From: Pseudomonadales bacterium | Lineage (GTDB): Bacteria > Pseudomonadota > Gammaproteobacteria > Pseudomonadales > UBA3067 | Reading direction: 5' to 3' | NCBI GenBank assembly: GCA_036802845.1 | Contig: DAIRVL010000002.1 | Location: 1-37,626, forward strand | Length of the DNA: 37,626 nt | Part shown: in pieces, positions 8,588 to 16,903 of the stretch | Layout of the letters: each line of letters begins with the position of its first letter | Numbering within the stretch: the first letter of the stretch is position 1 | The notes under the pieces: model-generated | Seen by the model: only the letters and a program-made list of their open reading frames with translations | Database searches by the model: none | What the model was told of the DNA's origin: nothing | Program-made: the position numbers and the translations under genes

Positions 8588-10108
8588 TTATTCGTTAACG
8601 GGAATTTTACCGATTTTAGCCTGCCAAAACTTAGGGGCAGAAAGATGAACCGATTGTCCCCTTGCATCAACGGCCACGGTCACCGGCATGTCTTCAACCA
8701 CAAATTCATGAATGGCTTCCATTCCCATGTCCTCAAAGGCCACAACGCGTGCCTTGCGAATGGCTTTGGATACAAGATAAGCCGCCCCGCCGACGGCAAC
8801 TAAATAAACGGCCTTATGCTTTTTAATTGCCTCAATGGCCACACTGCCGCGCTCGGCTTTGCCTATCATGCCAATCAGTCCGGTTTTCGCCAGCATCATT
8901 TCGGTGAATTTATCCATACGTGTTGCGGTCGTCGGACCGGCCGGACCCACCACTTCATTCCTCACCGGGTCCACTGGCCCCACGTAATAAATAAATTTGT
9001 TTTTGAAATCGACCCCTGCCGGCAGGGATTCGCCCTTGGCTAATAAATCAGCAATGCGTTTATGGGCAGCATCACGACCGGTCAGCATGGAACCGCTGAG
9101 CAGCAAGGTATCGCCCGGTTTCCAACTTTGTATTTCAGCGGCGGTAACCGTATCCAGATTAACGCGCTTGCCGCCAACGCCACCGCCCCAGTCAATCTGA
9201 GGCCAGTCGGCAAGGTTTGGGGCATGCATTTCGGCTGGACCACTGCCATCAAGCACAAAATGGGTGTGGCGGGTAGCGGCGCAATTGGGGATCATGCCCA
9301 CAGGCAACGACGCGGCATGAGTGGGGTAGTCTTTAATTTTGACATCAACAACGGTTGTCAGTCCGCCCAAGCCTTGTGCGCCAATACCCAAGGCATTGAC
9401 CTTGTCGTAAATTTCCAGCCGTAATTCTTCAATACGATTTTCAGGCCCTTTTTTAAGCAGGGCTTGAATATCAATCGGATCCATCAAGGATTCCTTGGCC
9501 AGAAGCATGGCTTTTTCAGCCGTGCCCCCAATGCCAATACCGAGCACGCCGGGAGGACACCATCCGGCACCCATGGTGGGCACGGTTTTAAGCACCCAAT
9601 CGACAATACTGTCGCTTGGATTAAGCATTGCCAGTTTGGATTTGTTTTCTGAACCGCCACCCTTGGCTGCCACAATAATATCCACGGTATCACCAGGAAC
9701 GATCTGGGTATGGATCACCGCCGGTGTATTGTCCTTGGTATTTTTGCGCGCACCGGCTGGGTCGCTGAGAATAGATGCACGAAGAACATTGTCAGGATAG
9801 GTATACGCCCGTCGCACGCCTTCGTTGATCATATCTTCCAGCGAAAGGCTTGCTTGCCAACGTACATTCATACCCACTTTGACAAAAACAGTGACAATGC
9901 CTGTATCCTGACAAATAGGCCGGTGCCCCTGCGCGCACATGCGTGAATTAACCAGAATCTGCGCCAGCGCATCTTTTGCCGCCGGACTTTCTTCCAGTTG
10001 ATAGGCTTGATACACGGCATCAATAAAATCTTTGGGGTGGTAATAGGAAATAAATTGCAAGGCATCAGCCACGCTTTGAATCAAATCCTCTTGGCGAATT
10101 ACAGTCAT
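8588..10108 (-). CDS. Class I (Fe-S, fused alpha/beta) fumarate hydratase
   Basis: MTVIRQEDLIQSVADALQFISYYHP...RPICQDTGIVTVFVKVG...GGGSENKSK...AATRHTHF... matches the ~505-aa single-chain class I fumarases or tartrate dehydratase-type hydrolyases. I chose ATG 10108; the ORF-track start at 10138 is a TTG. Confidence 0.9.
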   Translation of the reverse strand: MTVIRQEDLIQSVADALQFISYYHPKDFIDAVYQAYQLEESPAAKDALAQILVNSRMCAQGHRPICQDTGIVTVFVKVGMNVRWQASLSLEDMINEGVRRAYTYPDNVLRASILSDPAGARKNTKDNTPAVIHTQIVPGDTVDIIVAAKGGGSENKSKLAMLNPSDSIVDWVLKTVPTMGAGWCPPGVLGIGIGGTAEKAMLLAKESLMDPIDIQALLKKGPENRIEELRLEIYDKVNALGIGAQGLGGLTTVVDVKIKDYPTHAASLPVGMIPNCAATRHTHFVLDGSGPAEMHAPNLADWPQIDWGGGVGGKRVNLDTVTAAEIQSWKPGDTLLLSGSMLTGRDAAHKRIADLLAKGESLPAGVDFKNKFIYYVGPVDPVRNEVVGPAGPTTATRMDKFTEMMLAKTGLIGMIGKAERGSVAIEAIKKHKAVYLVAVGGAAYLVSKAIRKARVVAFEDMGMEAIHEFVVEDMPVTVAVDARGQSVHLSAPKFWQAKIGKIPVNE

Positions 10109-10301
10109 AAGTCCAGTCTCTGCGTCAGATGTGTCCAAGTAGTTGCCACTTGGAATACGGTGGAAAAATCGAAGGCATTATAAACCGAAATAAAGACCTG
10201 TGCCTGTGTGAACAATACGCTGAAAACCTGCTTATTACAGCGCTATTTATGCCTATCACCCTGCACATGCATGGTATGCAAGAAAGTATGCGAGAAATCA
10301 T

Positions 10302-10339
10302 TTGATACTTTATTGATGTTTTCTATATTCTTTATTGAT
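10302..10339 (+). promoter_or_regulatory. Phased direct repeats (candidate response-regulator binding site) in the divergent fumarase/gtrA promoter region
   Basis: TTGAT occurs at 10302, 10313 and 10335 (spacings 11 and 22 bp). The longer decamer CTTTATTGAT is repeated at 10308-10317 and 10330-10339. The last repeat ends 46 bp upstream of the gtrA-like ATG. Confidence 0.35.
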
Positions 10340-10385
10340 AGAAGGATCGTTACGCTAGGCCACTTAAAAAAAATGGAACATACGC

Positions 10386-10808
10386 ATGGGTCTGGACGTA
10401 CGCCCTGTATTGCACACTCTTTTGGCGCCACTGCGCTACCTGATCAGCGGTGGCTCTGCCACCGTGCTGCACTGGGCCACGATGGCAGGCCTGGTCGCCT
10501 ACGGCACGTCTCCCACACTGAGCACCGCCGTGGGGGCGCTCGCCGGTGCAGTTCTGAACTATGTATTGCAATTTCACTTCACTTTCCGTTCAACGCATTC
10601 TCATCGAACAACGCTACCACGCTATTTTCAAGTCACGGCGCTGAGCTGGATAAGCAACAGCGTGTTGTTCTTTATGCTGTTTCAATTAACAACACTGTCG
10701 ATCAGCACAGCGCAACTGTTAACAACTGCCTTGATTACCTTTCTGAATTTTTTCCTTTACCAGAGGCTCGTATTCCATGAATCCGACAAATCCACCCTTA
10801 ATACCTGA
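10386..10808 (+). CDS. GtrA-family membrane protein
   Basis: It is a 140-aa, four-TM protein with the N-terminal LRYLISGGSATVLHWATM motif typical of the GtrA family. It overlaps the next gene by 32 nt. Confidence 0.8.
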   Translation: MGLDVRPVLHTLLAPLRYLISGGSATVLHWATMAGLVAYGTSPTLSTAVGALAGAVLNYVLQFHFTFRSTHSHRTTLPRYFQVTALSWISNSVLFFMLFQLTTLSISTAQLLTTALITFLNFFLYQRLVFHESDKSTLNT

Positions 10809-11817
10809 TGATCCGCCGTTATTATCGGTCATTGTGCCCGTATACAACGAACGCGAGGTACTGCCACTCTTTTATGAGCGCACCACGCATGTTTTAAACA
10901 CATTAGGTATTTCCTATGAGCTCGTTTTTGTTGACGACGGCAGCAAGGATGACAGCGTCAACTACTTGTTTGAATTAGCCGCCAGAGAATCGGTCATCAA
11001 AGTTCTGCGTTTAAGCCGCAATTTTGGCAAAGAAGCGGCTGTAACCGCTGGGATTGATTACGCCCAGGGCTCGGCGATTATTATCATTGATGCCGATTTA
11101 CAAGACCCCCCTGAAGAGATTCCACGCATGATAGCCGCGTGGCAGGCCGGTGCCGATGTCGTGTGCATGAAACGCCTCGAACGGCACGGTGAGACGCGAT
11201 TCAAACGTTACAGCGCCCATCTTTTTTATCGCCTCCTCAACAGACTGAGCCAGGTCGATATTCCGGAAGACACGGGCGATTTTCGTTTAATGAGCCGGCG
11301 TGCGGTGGATGCGCTCAAACAACTGCCCGAACGGCAGCGTTACATGAAAGGCCTGTTTGCCTGGATTGGCATGCCCACAGTGGTCTTGCTTTACAATCGC
11401 GATGCCCGCGCCGCTGGCAAAAGCAAATGGGGTTATGGCGGCCTATTCGGCCTGGCCTTTGAAGGTATCACCTCCTTTTCAACCGCCCCACTGCGCTGGG
11501 CAACCAATCTGGGGCTCGTGACGGCAATGGCCGGCATCCTCTTTGGCAGCTGGATTGTGCTGAAAACCTTGTTATTTGGCGAAGCGGTTCAAGGTTACCC
11601 CTCAATGATGGCCATGATCACGTTTCTGGGTGGCATCCAGTTGCTGGGTATTGGCATCGTCGGCGAATACGTTGGCAAAACCTATCTGGAAAGCAAACAA
11701 CGCCCCGTGTACCTCATCAGAGACATGGTGCAAAGCCATACCCTGTCGCAAACCCAGACCCAACACTCGTCGCATTCAATTTCACTGGAGCGCCCCACAC
11801 GTGTCGCATCGCTTTAA
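10777..11817 (+). CDS. Family 2 glycosyltransferase, polyprenyl-phosphate sugar transferase type (ArnC/GtrB-like)
   Basis: LSVIVPVYNEREVLP...VFVDDGSKDDS...IIIDADLQDPPEEIP...GDFRLMSRR, plus two C-terminal TM helices. This is the ArnC/GtrB/DPM1 architecture. Confidence 0.9.
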   Translation: MNPTNPPLIPDDPPLLSVIVPVYNEREVLPLFYERTTHVLNTLGISYELVFVDDGSKDDSVNYLFELAARESVIKVLRLSRNFGKEAAVTAGIDYAQGSAIIIIDADLQDPPEEIPRMIAAWQAGADVVCMKRLERHGETRFKRYSAHLFYRLLNRLSQVDIPEDTGDFRLMSRRAVDALKQLPERQRYMKGLFAWIGMPTVVLLYNRDARAAGKSKWGYGGLFGLAFEGITSFSTAPLRWATNLGLVTAMAGILFGSWIVLKTLLFGEAVQGYPSMMAMITFLGGIQLLGIGIVGEYVGKTYLESKQRPVYLIRDMVQSHTLSQTQTQHSSHSISLERPTRVASL

Positions 11818-13270
11818 TATTGGTTTACTGGCCATTGCCACTGTTCTGCTGATCCGATGGCTCTCCATGGCATGGATACCCTTAATCGATACCAGCGAAC
11901 CGCGTTATGCAGAAATTGCCCGTTTGATGCTGGTTTCCGGTGATTACATCACGCCCTGGTTTGAACCTGGCGTACCCTTCTGGGGCAAACCACCCTTGTC
12001 ATTCTGGAGCGAAGCCTTGGCCATGAAGTGGCTGGGTGTGAATGAATTTGCGGTCCGCTTCCCCTCGTGGATAGTCACCGTGCTCACGGTGTTTTTAATC
12101 TACGTTTTCACCAAAACGTTTTTCAGCCGTGAAACAGCGCGTCTTGCTTCACTGATTTATGTCAGCAGCGGACTTGTTTTTCTCAGTGCCGGTGCGGTGA
12201 TCACCGACCCCTTTCTAACCCTAGGCATCACCTTGAGCCTGGTCGCCTTCCCGCTTGCAATAAAAACAGGACAGCAGCACTGGCGTTACGGATTTTTCAT
12301 TGGACTGGCCATTGGCCTGTTAGCCAAAGGTCCACTGGCACCGGTACTTACCGCCGGCTGCATTATCGGCTGGCTTCTGCTACAAAAGGAGCGTCTTTTA
12401 CTGCTCAAGGCATTGCCCTGGACAAGTGGACTGCTACTCACCGCCGCACTTAGCTTGCCCTGGTATATTGCCGCAGAACTCAAAACACCCGGTTTTCTGA
12501 ATTATTTTATTGTCGGCGAACACTTTATGCGATTTGTCGATTCCGGCTGGAACGGTGATCTTTATGGACATGCGCACAAGCGACCCTATGGCACCATTTG
12601 GCTGTATTGGTTTGCCTCCTCACTGCCATGGAGTCTCATTGCCCCTGTCGCACTGATAAGCGCATTACGGAAAAAAAGCACCTTTCAACCCACAGACTTC
12701 CCGTATACGGGTGTGTATCTGGCCTTGTGGGCACTGAGTACACCGATTTTTTTCACCCCCGCTGGCAATATCTTGCATACCTACGTACAACCCTCGTTGC
12801 CTGCTGTGAGCATCGGGGTGGCGGTGCTCCTGGTCAGTACCTACCCGCGATCAATCAAAGCCTTTCATATGACAGGCCTTATTTTTACCCTGCTATACAC
12901 GCTGGCTATTTTTTCCACCCAATATAAAAGTACGGCAAATAAATCCGAGAAATCTCTAATCTCATTCGTTAACGAACATGCCAGACATGGCGAAGCCCTG
13001 GTCTATCTGGATCATCGTCCCTACTCCGCACGTTTTTATTCCAAAGGCACGGCCTTATTAACGCGTATTGAAGACTTGCCAGCTTTTTTGATCGAACAAC
13101 AGGAAGATATCTATCTGGCTGTACCGCGTGAACGTTACGACGAACTGCATCAGGTTTTACCGCAGTCATTACCCACCTTGTATGAAAACAAACGCTACGT
13201 GTTAGTGAAGCTCAAAGCCACATCTAACGCTGAATCGTCACAAAGTACCGACACGGGAAAGGACAGCTGA
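11801..13270 (+). CDS. ArnT/PMT-like polytopic membrane glycosyltransferase (GT39/GT83-type, PMT_2-like)
   Basis: The N-terminus reads ...LIDTSEPRYAEIARLMLVSGDYITPWFEPGVPFWGKPPLSFW, followed by about 12 TM segments and a soluble C-terminal domain. The ORF-track start at 11630 lies inside the GT2 gene. A GTG at 11801 immediately precedes the first TM helix, giving a 17-nt overlap. The start is not certain. Confidence 0.85.
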   Translation: MSHRFNIGLLAIATVLLIRWLSMAWIPLIDTSEPRYAEIARLMLVSGDYITPWFEPGVPFWGKPPLSFWSEALAMKWLGVNEFAVRFPSWIVTVLTVFLIYVFTKTFFSRETARLASLIYVSSGLVFLSAGAVITDPFLTLGITLSLVAFPLAIKTGQQHWRYGFFIGLAIGLLAKGPLAPVLTAGCIIGWLLLQKERLLLLKALPWTSGLLLTAALSLPWYIAAELKTPGFLNYFIVGEHFMRFVDSGWNGDLYGHAHKRPYGTIWLYWFASSLPWSLIAPVALISALRKKSTFQPTDFPYTGVYLALWALSTPIFFTPAGNILHTYVQPSLPAVSIGVAVLLVSTYPRSIKAFHMTGLIFTLLYTLAIFSTQYKSTANKSEKSLISFVNEHARHGEALVYLDHRPYSARFYSKGTALLTRIEDLPAFLIEQQEDIYLAVPRERYDELHQVLPQSLPTLYENKRYVLVKLKATSNAESSQSTDTGKDS

Positions 13271-13274
13271 GCGT

Positions 13275-13976
13275 ATGACAAGCCTTGCTGCGGGCATTCG
13301 CATGTTGATTGTTGAAGATCACATCGCACTGGCAAAAAACCTGTTCGAATATTTCGACCAGGATCACTACATTCTGGATTTTGCGTCCGATGGCCTCACT
13401 GCGCTGCATCTGCTGACGGTTAATCACTATGACGTGATCGTGCTGGATGTCATGCTCCCAGGCATTTCCGGTTTTGAACTGTGTCGGCGTATTCGCCAGG
13501 ATTTAGCCTGTTCCACTCCCGTGATCATGATGACAGCAAAAGATCAGATGCAGGACAAGGAAGAAGGTTTTGCCCAGGGCACAGATGATTATCTGGTTAA
13601 ACCCTTCAACCTGCGTGAGCTTGAATTGCGCGTGCAAGCACTCACCCGGCGCAAACACCATCAAAATACGGTGTTACGTGCAGGTAAACTCAGTTACGAC
13701 ACCGGTACGCTGAAAGTAATGATGGAAGGTCATCCGCCGCTCATTTTAACGGGAAATGCCGCACGCATTCTGGAAGAGTTGATGCGCACCTACCCAAGTT
13801 TTGTTTCCTATGAACAATTGCAGGATAAAATCTGGCATCAGCGCGAAACTGATCTGAATACCCTGCGCACCCACGTTTACTTGCTCAGAAAACAACTGCA
13901 GCAGCAATTTAACCAGTCATTCATAAAAACCGTCCATGGCCGGGGTTTTCGTCTGATACCCAATGGTGAGGAATAA
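13275..13976 (+). CDS. OmpR/PhoB-family response regulator (PmrA/BasR-like architecture)
   Basis: It has a receiver domain (VEDH..., VIVLDVMLPGISG, KPF) and a winged-helix output domain (...VHGRGFRLIP). It starts 4 nt after the glycosyltransferase stop. Confidence 0.9.
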   Translation: MTSLAAGIRMLIVEDHIALAKNLFEYFDQDHYILDFASDGLTALHLLTVNHYDVIVLDVMLPGISGFELCRRIRQDLACSTPVIMMTAKDQMQDKEEGFAQGTDDYLVKPFNLRELELRVQALTRRKHHQNTVLRAGKLSYDTGTLKVMMEGHPPLILTGNAARILEELMRTYPSFVSYEQLQDKIWHQRETDLNTLRTHVYLLRKQLQQQFNQSFIKTVHGRGFRLIPNGEE

Positions 13977-13978
13977 AC

Positions 13979-15232
13979 ATGCCCTCTATTTCCAGACGGG
14001 TACACAAGACTTTTTTTGCGTTCAGCATCTCTATTATCCTCATTATGCTGGTGCTGATTATGGTTGCCAGTGAAGATCTGGAGGCAACCATGCAACACAG
14101 CGAACTTGAAGAAGAAATTCGTTTTATGCAGGTTCAACAAGCACCGGACAAACCTCTGTACTGGAAAACTGCCAACCTGATCGCACTGTATTTACCAGAC
14201 CATGGTTCTACACAGTTCGAAATACCTCCGCTATTCACCACATTGACGGTGCCCTTTCATGGCGAAGTACGTCTTAAGGACCAAATATTTTTAGTCCACA
14301 CCACACACCATCAAAACGGTCGTTATTTTATTGCCAAAAATATTTCAGGTTTTGAAAAACGAGAAGAGCTCTTTCACTGGATTTTGGCAATTGCAGCACT
14401 GGTGATACTGGTTTTCACCTATTTTTTTGCAAAAATCGGGGGGAAACGACTGACACAACCGCTTGATGATTTATCACATCGCATACAGACTATATCCGTT
14501 AGCGCACACATGCCGCGTTTGGATTTGAACTACCAGGATCAGGAATTGCTGGCTATTACCCAGACCTTCAATACATTTCTCGACGAACTGGAGTCCTTTG
14601 TTACACGTGAACAATCACTGATGAGTCTTGCCAGCCATGAGTTACGCACACCCGTTGCGGTAATTTCCGGCGCCATCGAAATTTTGCATCGTCGCGGACA
14701 GCTCAGTGCAGACGATCTTAAAACGCTTGCCCGGATTCAAAATGCCTGTGCCGAAATGAGCGCCAATGTGGATATGTTATTAATGCTGTCACGGCGCAGC
14801 GAATCACTGGCACCACACGAATCGCTTCAAGTCGATGCCATTCTGGACACTGTACTGGAAGATCTCGCCACACGCTTTGATGTGTTTGAGCGCGTACACG
14901 TTATCAAGGACGCCGCCGTTTTTCATGAGGGTGACCGCATACTGGTCAAAATGCTGTTGCTTAACGTCATACAAAATGCGCTACAACATACCAGCGCACC
15001 TATTGTCATTAGACTCGACACGCAGAAAATAGAAATACTGGACCAGGGCGGCGGTCTGCCTGCGTCCATTCAAGACCGATTAAATCAGGGCAGCCATGCC
15101 TTAAAAAGTCCGCAATTACCTGGTTTGGGACTGTACATCGTCACATTGATTTGTGAGCGTCTCAAATGGCGTTTGGCGCTGGAGAATGCCGAACAGCAAG
15201 GCACAAGGGTGTGTATTTATTTCAACAAATAA
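13979..15232 (+). CDS. Sensor histidine kinase (2 TM, periplasmic loop, HAMP, HisKA, HATPase_c)
   Basis: It has the H-box SHELRTP, N-box NVIQNALQHT, G1 DQGGGLP and G2 GLGLYIV. A GGTGAGGAA RBS is present, and it starts 2 nt after the regulator stop. Confidence 0.9.
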   Translation: MPSISRRVHKTFFAFSISIILIMLVLIMVASEDLEATMQHSELEEEIRFMQVQQAPDKPLYWKTANLIALYLPDHGSTQFEIPPLFTTLTVPFHGEVRLKDQIFLVHTTHHQNGRYFIAKNISGFEKREELFHWILAIAALVILVFTYFFAKIGGKRLTQPLDDLSHRIQTISVSAHMPRLDLNYQDQELLAITQTFNTFLDELESFVTREQSLMSLASHELRTPVAVISGAIEILHRRGQLSADDLKTLARIQNACAEMSANVDMLLMLSRRSESLAPHESLQVDAILDTVLEDLATRFDVFERVHVIKDAAVFHEGDRILVKMLLLNVIQNALQHTSAPIVIRLDTQKIEILDQGGGLPASIQDRLNQGSHALKSPQLPGLGLYIVTLICERLKWRLALENAEQQGTRVCIYFNK

Positions 15233-15291
15233 AACGGTCTTTATCTGCTCGCCAACAAAGCTCAGCCAGTTAACACCAAGCATAAGCACCT

Positions 15292-15322
15292 AAAAAAAAC
15301 GAAAGCATTAGCTTTCGTTTTT
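15292..15322. terminator. Bidirectional rho-independent terminator between the kinase gene and phoU
   Basis: A8 - CGAAAGC atta GCTTTCG - T5. Confidence 0.75.
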
Positions 15323-15347
15323 CAGGGGGTACAAAAGTCAAACACGT

Positions 15348-16052
15348 TTACGATAACAGCGCCTGTTTATCGTCTTCATTCAAGTATCGATGACGAACAT
15401 CTTCTCCCGTCACAGCGTACACCGTGTATTCACAAATATTTTTTGCGTGATCACCGATACGCTCCAAAGAACGTGCGGCCCACAAGGTATTCAATACCCG
15501 CGAAACATTGCTTGGATTTTCCATAATCAAGGTAATCAGTTGTCGTGTGATTGCCTCGTATTCCCGGTCTACTTTTAAATCTTCCGAGGCCACTTCAAGG
15601 GCGGTACGAATATCCATGCGCGCCAGGGAATCCAATGCGTCGTGTAACTCTTTTCGCACATGCTCGCCCAGATGACCCAGTTCATGACATTCGCCTCTGG
15701 AACGATCCATTTCAGCCAACTCCAGCGCCATCAGCGCAATTTTGGTTGACTCGTCGCCAATACGTTCCAGATCAGTAATGCTCTTGAGCAGACTCATGAT
15801 CAAACGCAAGTCACTGGCCGTTGGCTGTCGACGTGCAATAATTTCAACACAATGGCTATCGATGCTTTTTTCCATGGTATTGACCATGGCATCACCCTGA
15901 ATCACCCGGTGTGCCAAGGATGTGTTACCACTGATCAAGGCTTCGCAGGCATCCCTGACCTGCGCTTCAACCAGCCCGCCCATGGCCAATACGCGATTAC
16001 GAACATCGTCCATTTCTTCATTAAATTTTTCTGATATATGTTTATGTGCCAT
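15348..16052 (-). CDS. phoU: Phosphate signalling complex protein PhoU
   Basis: It is 234 aa with the two PhoU repeats (E/DxxxD motifs, ...DLERIGDE... and ...SLERIGDHAKNI...), and it lies immediately downstream of pstB. Confidence 0.95.
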   Translation of the reverse strand: MAHKHISEKFNEEMDDVRNRVLAMGGLVEAQVRDACEALISGNTSLAHRVIQGDAMVNTMEKSIDSHCVEIIARRQPTASDLRLIMSLLKSITDLERIGDESTKIALMALELAEMDRSRGECHELGHLGEHVRKELHDALDSLARMDIRTALEVASEDLKVDREYEAITRQLITLIMENPSNVSRVLNTLWAARSLERIGDHAKNICEYTVYAVTGEDVRHRYLNEDDKQALLS

Positions 16053-16057
16053 ACAGG

Positions 16058-16885
16058 TTAACCATAGCGTCCAGTAATATAATCTTCCGTCTGTTGTTTT
16101 GACGGATTAGTAAAAAGTGTGGTCGTGTCACGAAATTCAATCATTTGGCCCAAATACATAAAAGCAGTATAGTCAGAAACCCGGGCGGCCTGTTGCATAT
16201 TATGCGTAACGATAATAATCGTGAAACGTATTTTCAATTCGTTAATCAATTCTTCAATTTTTAAGGTTGAAATCGGGTCCAGGGCTGAAGCCGGCTCATC
16301 CAGCAGCAAAACCTTAGGCTCAATAGCAATGGCCCTGGCAATAACCAAACGCTGTTGCTGCCCACCTGACAGGCCCAACGCACTGTCTTTTAGTCTGTCT
16401 TTAACCTCATCCCATAAGGCAGCGCCTCGCAGTGACTGCTCTACTTTGTCATCAAGCACTGCGCGTTGATTCACGCCTTGCAGGCGCAAACCATAGGCCA
16501 CGTTTTCATAAATGGACTTGGGAAAGGGATTTGGACGCTGGAACACCATGCCCACTTGTCGACGCAAATTAGACACATCCACCCGAGGGTGATGAATGTC
16601 GTTCTCGCCCAGTAGAATTTGGCCTTCAATCCGCACGCCATCAACCAAATCATTCATTCGATTAAAACAACGCAACAGGGTTGATTTACCACAACCACTG
16701 GGTCCGATAAACGCTGTCACCCGGTGTTCCGCGACACTCAAATCAATATTTTTCAGTGCCTGCTTACTGCCATAAAACAAATTCAGATCCTTGGTGCTGA
16801 ATACGATTTTTTCATTGGCAATATTCAAACGCCCTGAATCCATAGCGGCAATAGATACCCGGCCCAGACGCTGTTCTGTTGTCAT
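16058..16885 (-). CDS. pstB: Phosphate ABC transporter ATP-binding protein
   Basis: It has Walker [10 protein letters not shown], signature LSGGQQQR and Walker B LLLDEP, plus the PstB-typical FNRMNDL motif. Confidence 0.95.
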   Translation of the reverse strand: MTTEQRLGRVSIAAMDSGRLNIANEKIVFSTKDLNLFYGSKQALKNIDLSVAEHRVTAFIGPSGCGKSTLLRCFNRMNDLVDGVRIEGQILLGENDIHHPRVDVSNLRRQVGMVFQRPNPFPKSIYENVAYGLRLQGVNQRAVLDDKVEQSLRGAALWDEVKDRLKDSALGLSGGQQQRLVIARAIAIEPKVLLLDEPASALDPISTLKIEELINELKIRFTIIIVTHNMQQAARVSDYTAFMYLGQMIEFRDTTTLFTNPSKQQTEDYITGRYG

Positions 16886-16903
16886 TCACACTACCTCTTG
16901 GTC

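Noticed and set aside
10208-10780. 190-aa plus-strand ORF overlapping the gtrA-like gene in another frame
   Set aside because: The alternative frame (10386-10808) gives a clean four-TM GtrA-family protein. The 190-aa translation is Cys/His/Arg-rich with no domain logic.
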